From Octopus sinensis (taxonomy: Eukaryota), in the NCBI RefSeq assembly GCF_006345805.1, contig NC_043000.1, positions 50,840,001 through 50,904,000 of the forward strand: DNA of 64,000 nucleotides, written 5' to 3'. The stretch's first letter is position 1, and the number at the start of each line of letters is the position of its first letter. This document shows, in pieces, positions 63,945-64,000 of the stretch. Position numbers and translations under genes: made by a program. Under the pieces are notes generated by a model that did no database searches, had not been told where the DNA came from, and worked only from the letters and a program-made list of their open reading frames with translations.

Positions 63945-64000
63945 CATGGCTGTGAAGCTGAGAAACTTGCTTCCCAACCACATGATTTTTGGATTCTGTC
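63945..64000 (+). mobile_element. SINE head truncated by the window edge
   Basis: acatggctgtgaagctgagaaacttgcttcccaaccacatg. Confidence 0.6.

Noticed and set aside
1-64000. CRISPR arrays, rRNA or prokaryotic operons
   Set aside because: No regularly spaced repeat-spacer structure, no rRNA-like sequence and no gene-dense region.

Overview
This is AT-rich, generally CpG-depleted eukaryotic genomic DNA. The SINE/LINE families and microsatellite content point to an octopus (Octopus sp.); this is recognition from memory, not a database search. I could not identify any host protein-coding gene. Nearly all listed ORFs are microsatellite read-throughs, chance frames or transposon fossils. The window is a diverse TE graveyard: RTE LINEs (one young copy with a 9-bp TSD), an R4/Dong LINE end, a HERO/NeSL-like REL LINE, a Penelope-like RT, mariner, Tc1, piggyBac and hAT remnants, TTAA and TA MITEs, two inverted Helentron/DINE-like elements and many tRNA-SINEs. 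The least explained features are (i) a dimer of an unknown GC-rich 216-bp unit inserted into the HERO fossil at 53.4-53.9 kb, (ii) a CpG-retaining non-TE domain at about 32-34 kb with good splice signals, possibly a promoter or 5' gene end, (iii) foldback elements and a half hammerhead-like motif, and (iv) a few orphan exon candidates. No prokaryotic-type system (CRISPR etc.) is present, and I found nothing I can defend as a wholly new biological system. Most boundaries of decayed elements are approximate.
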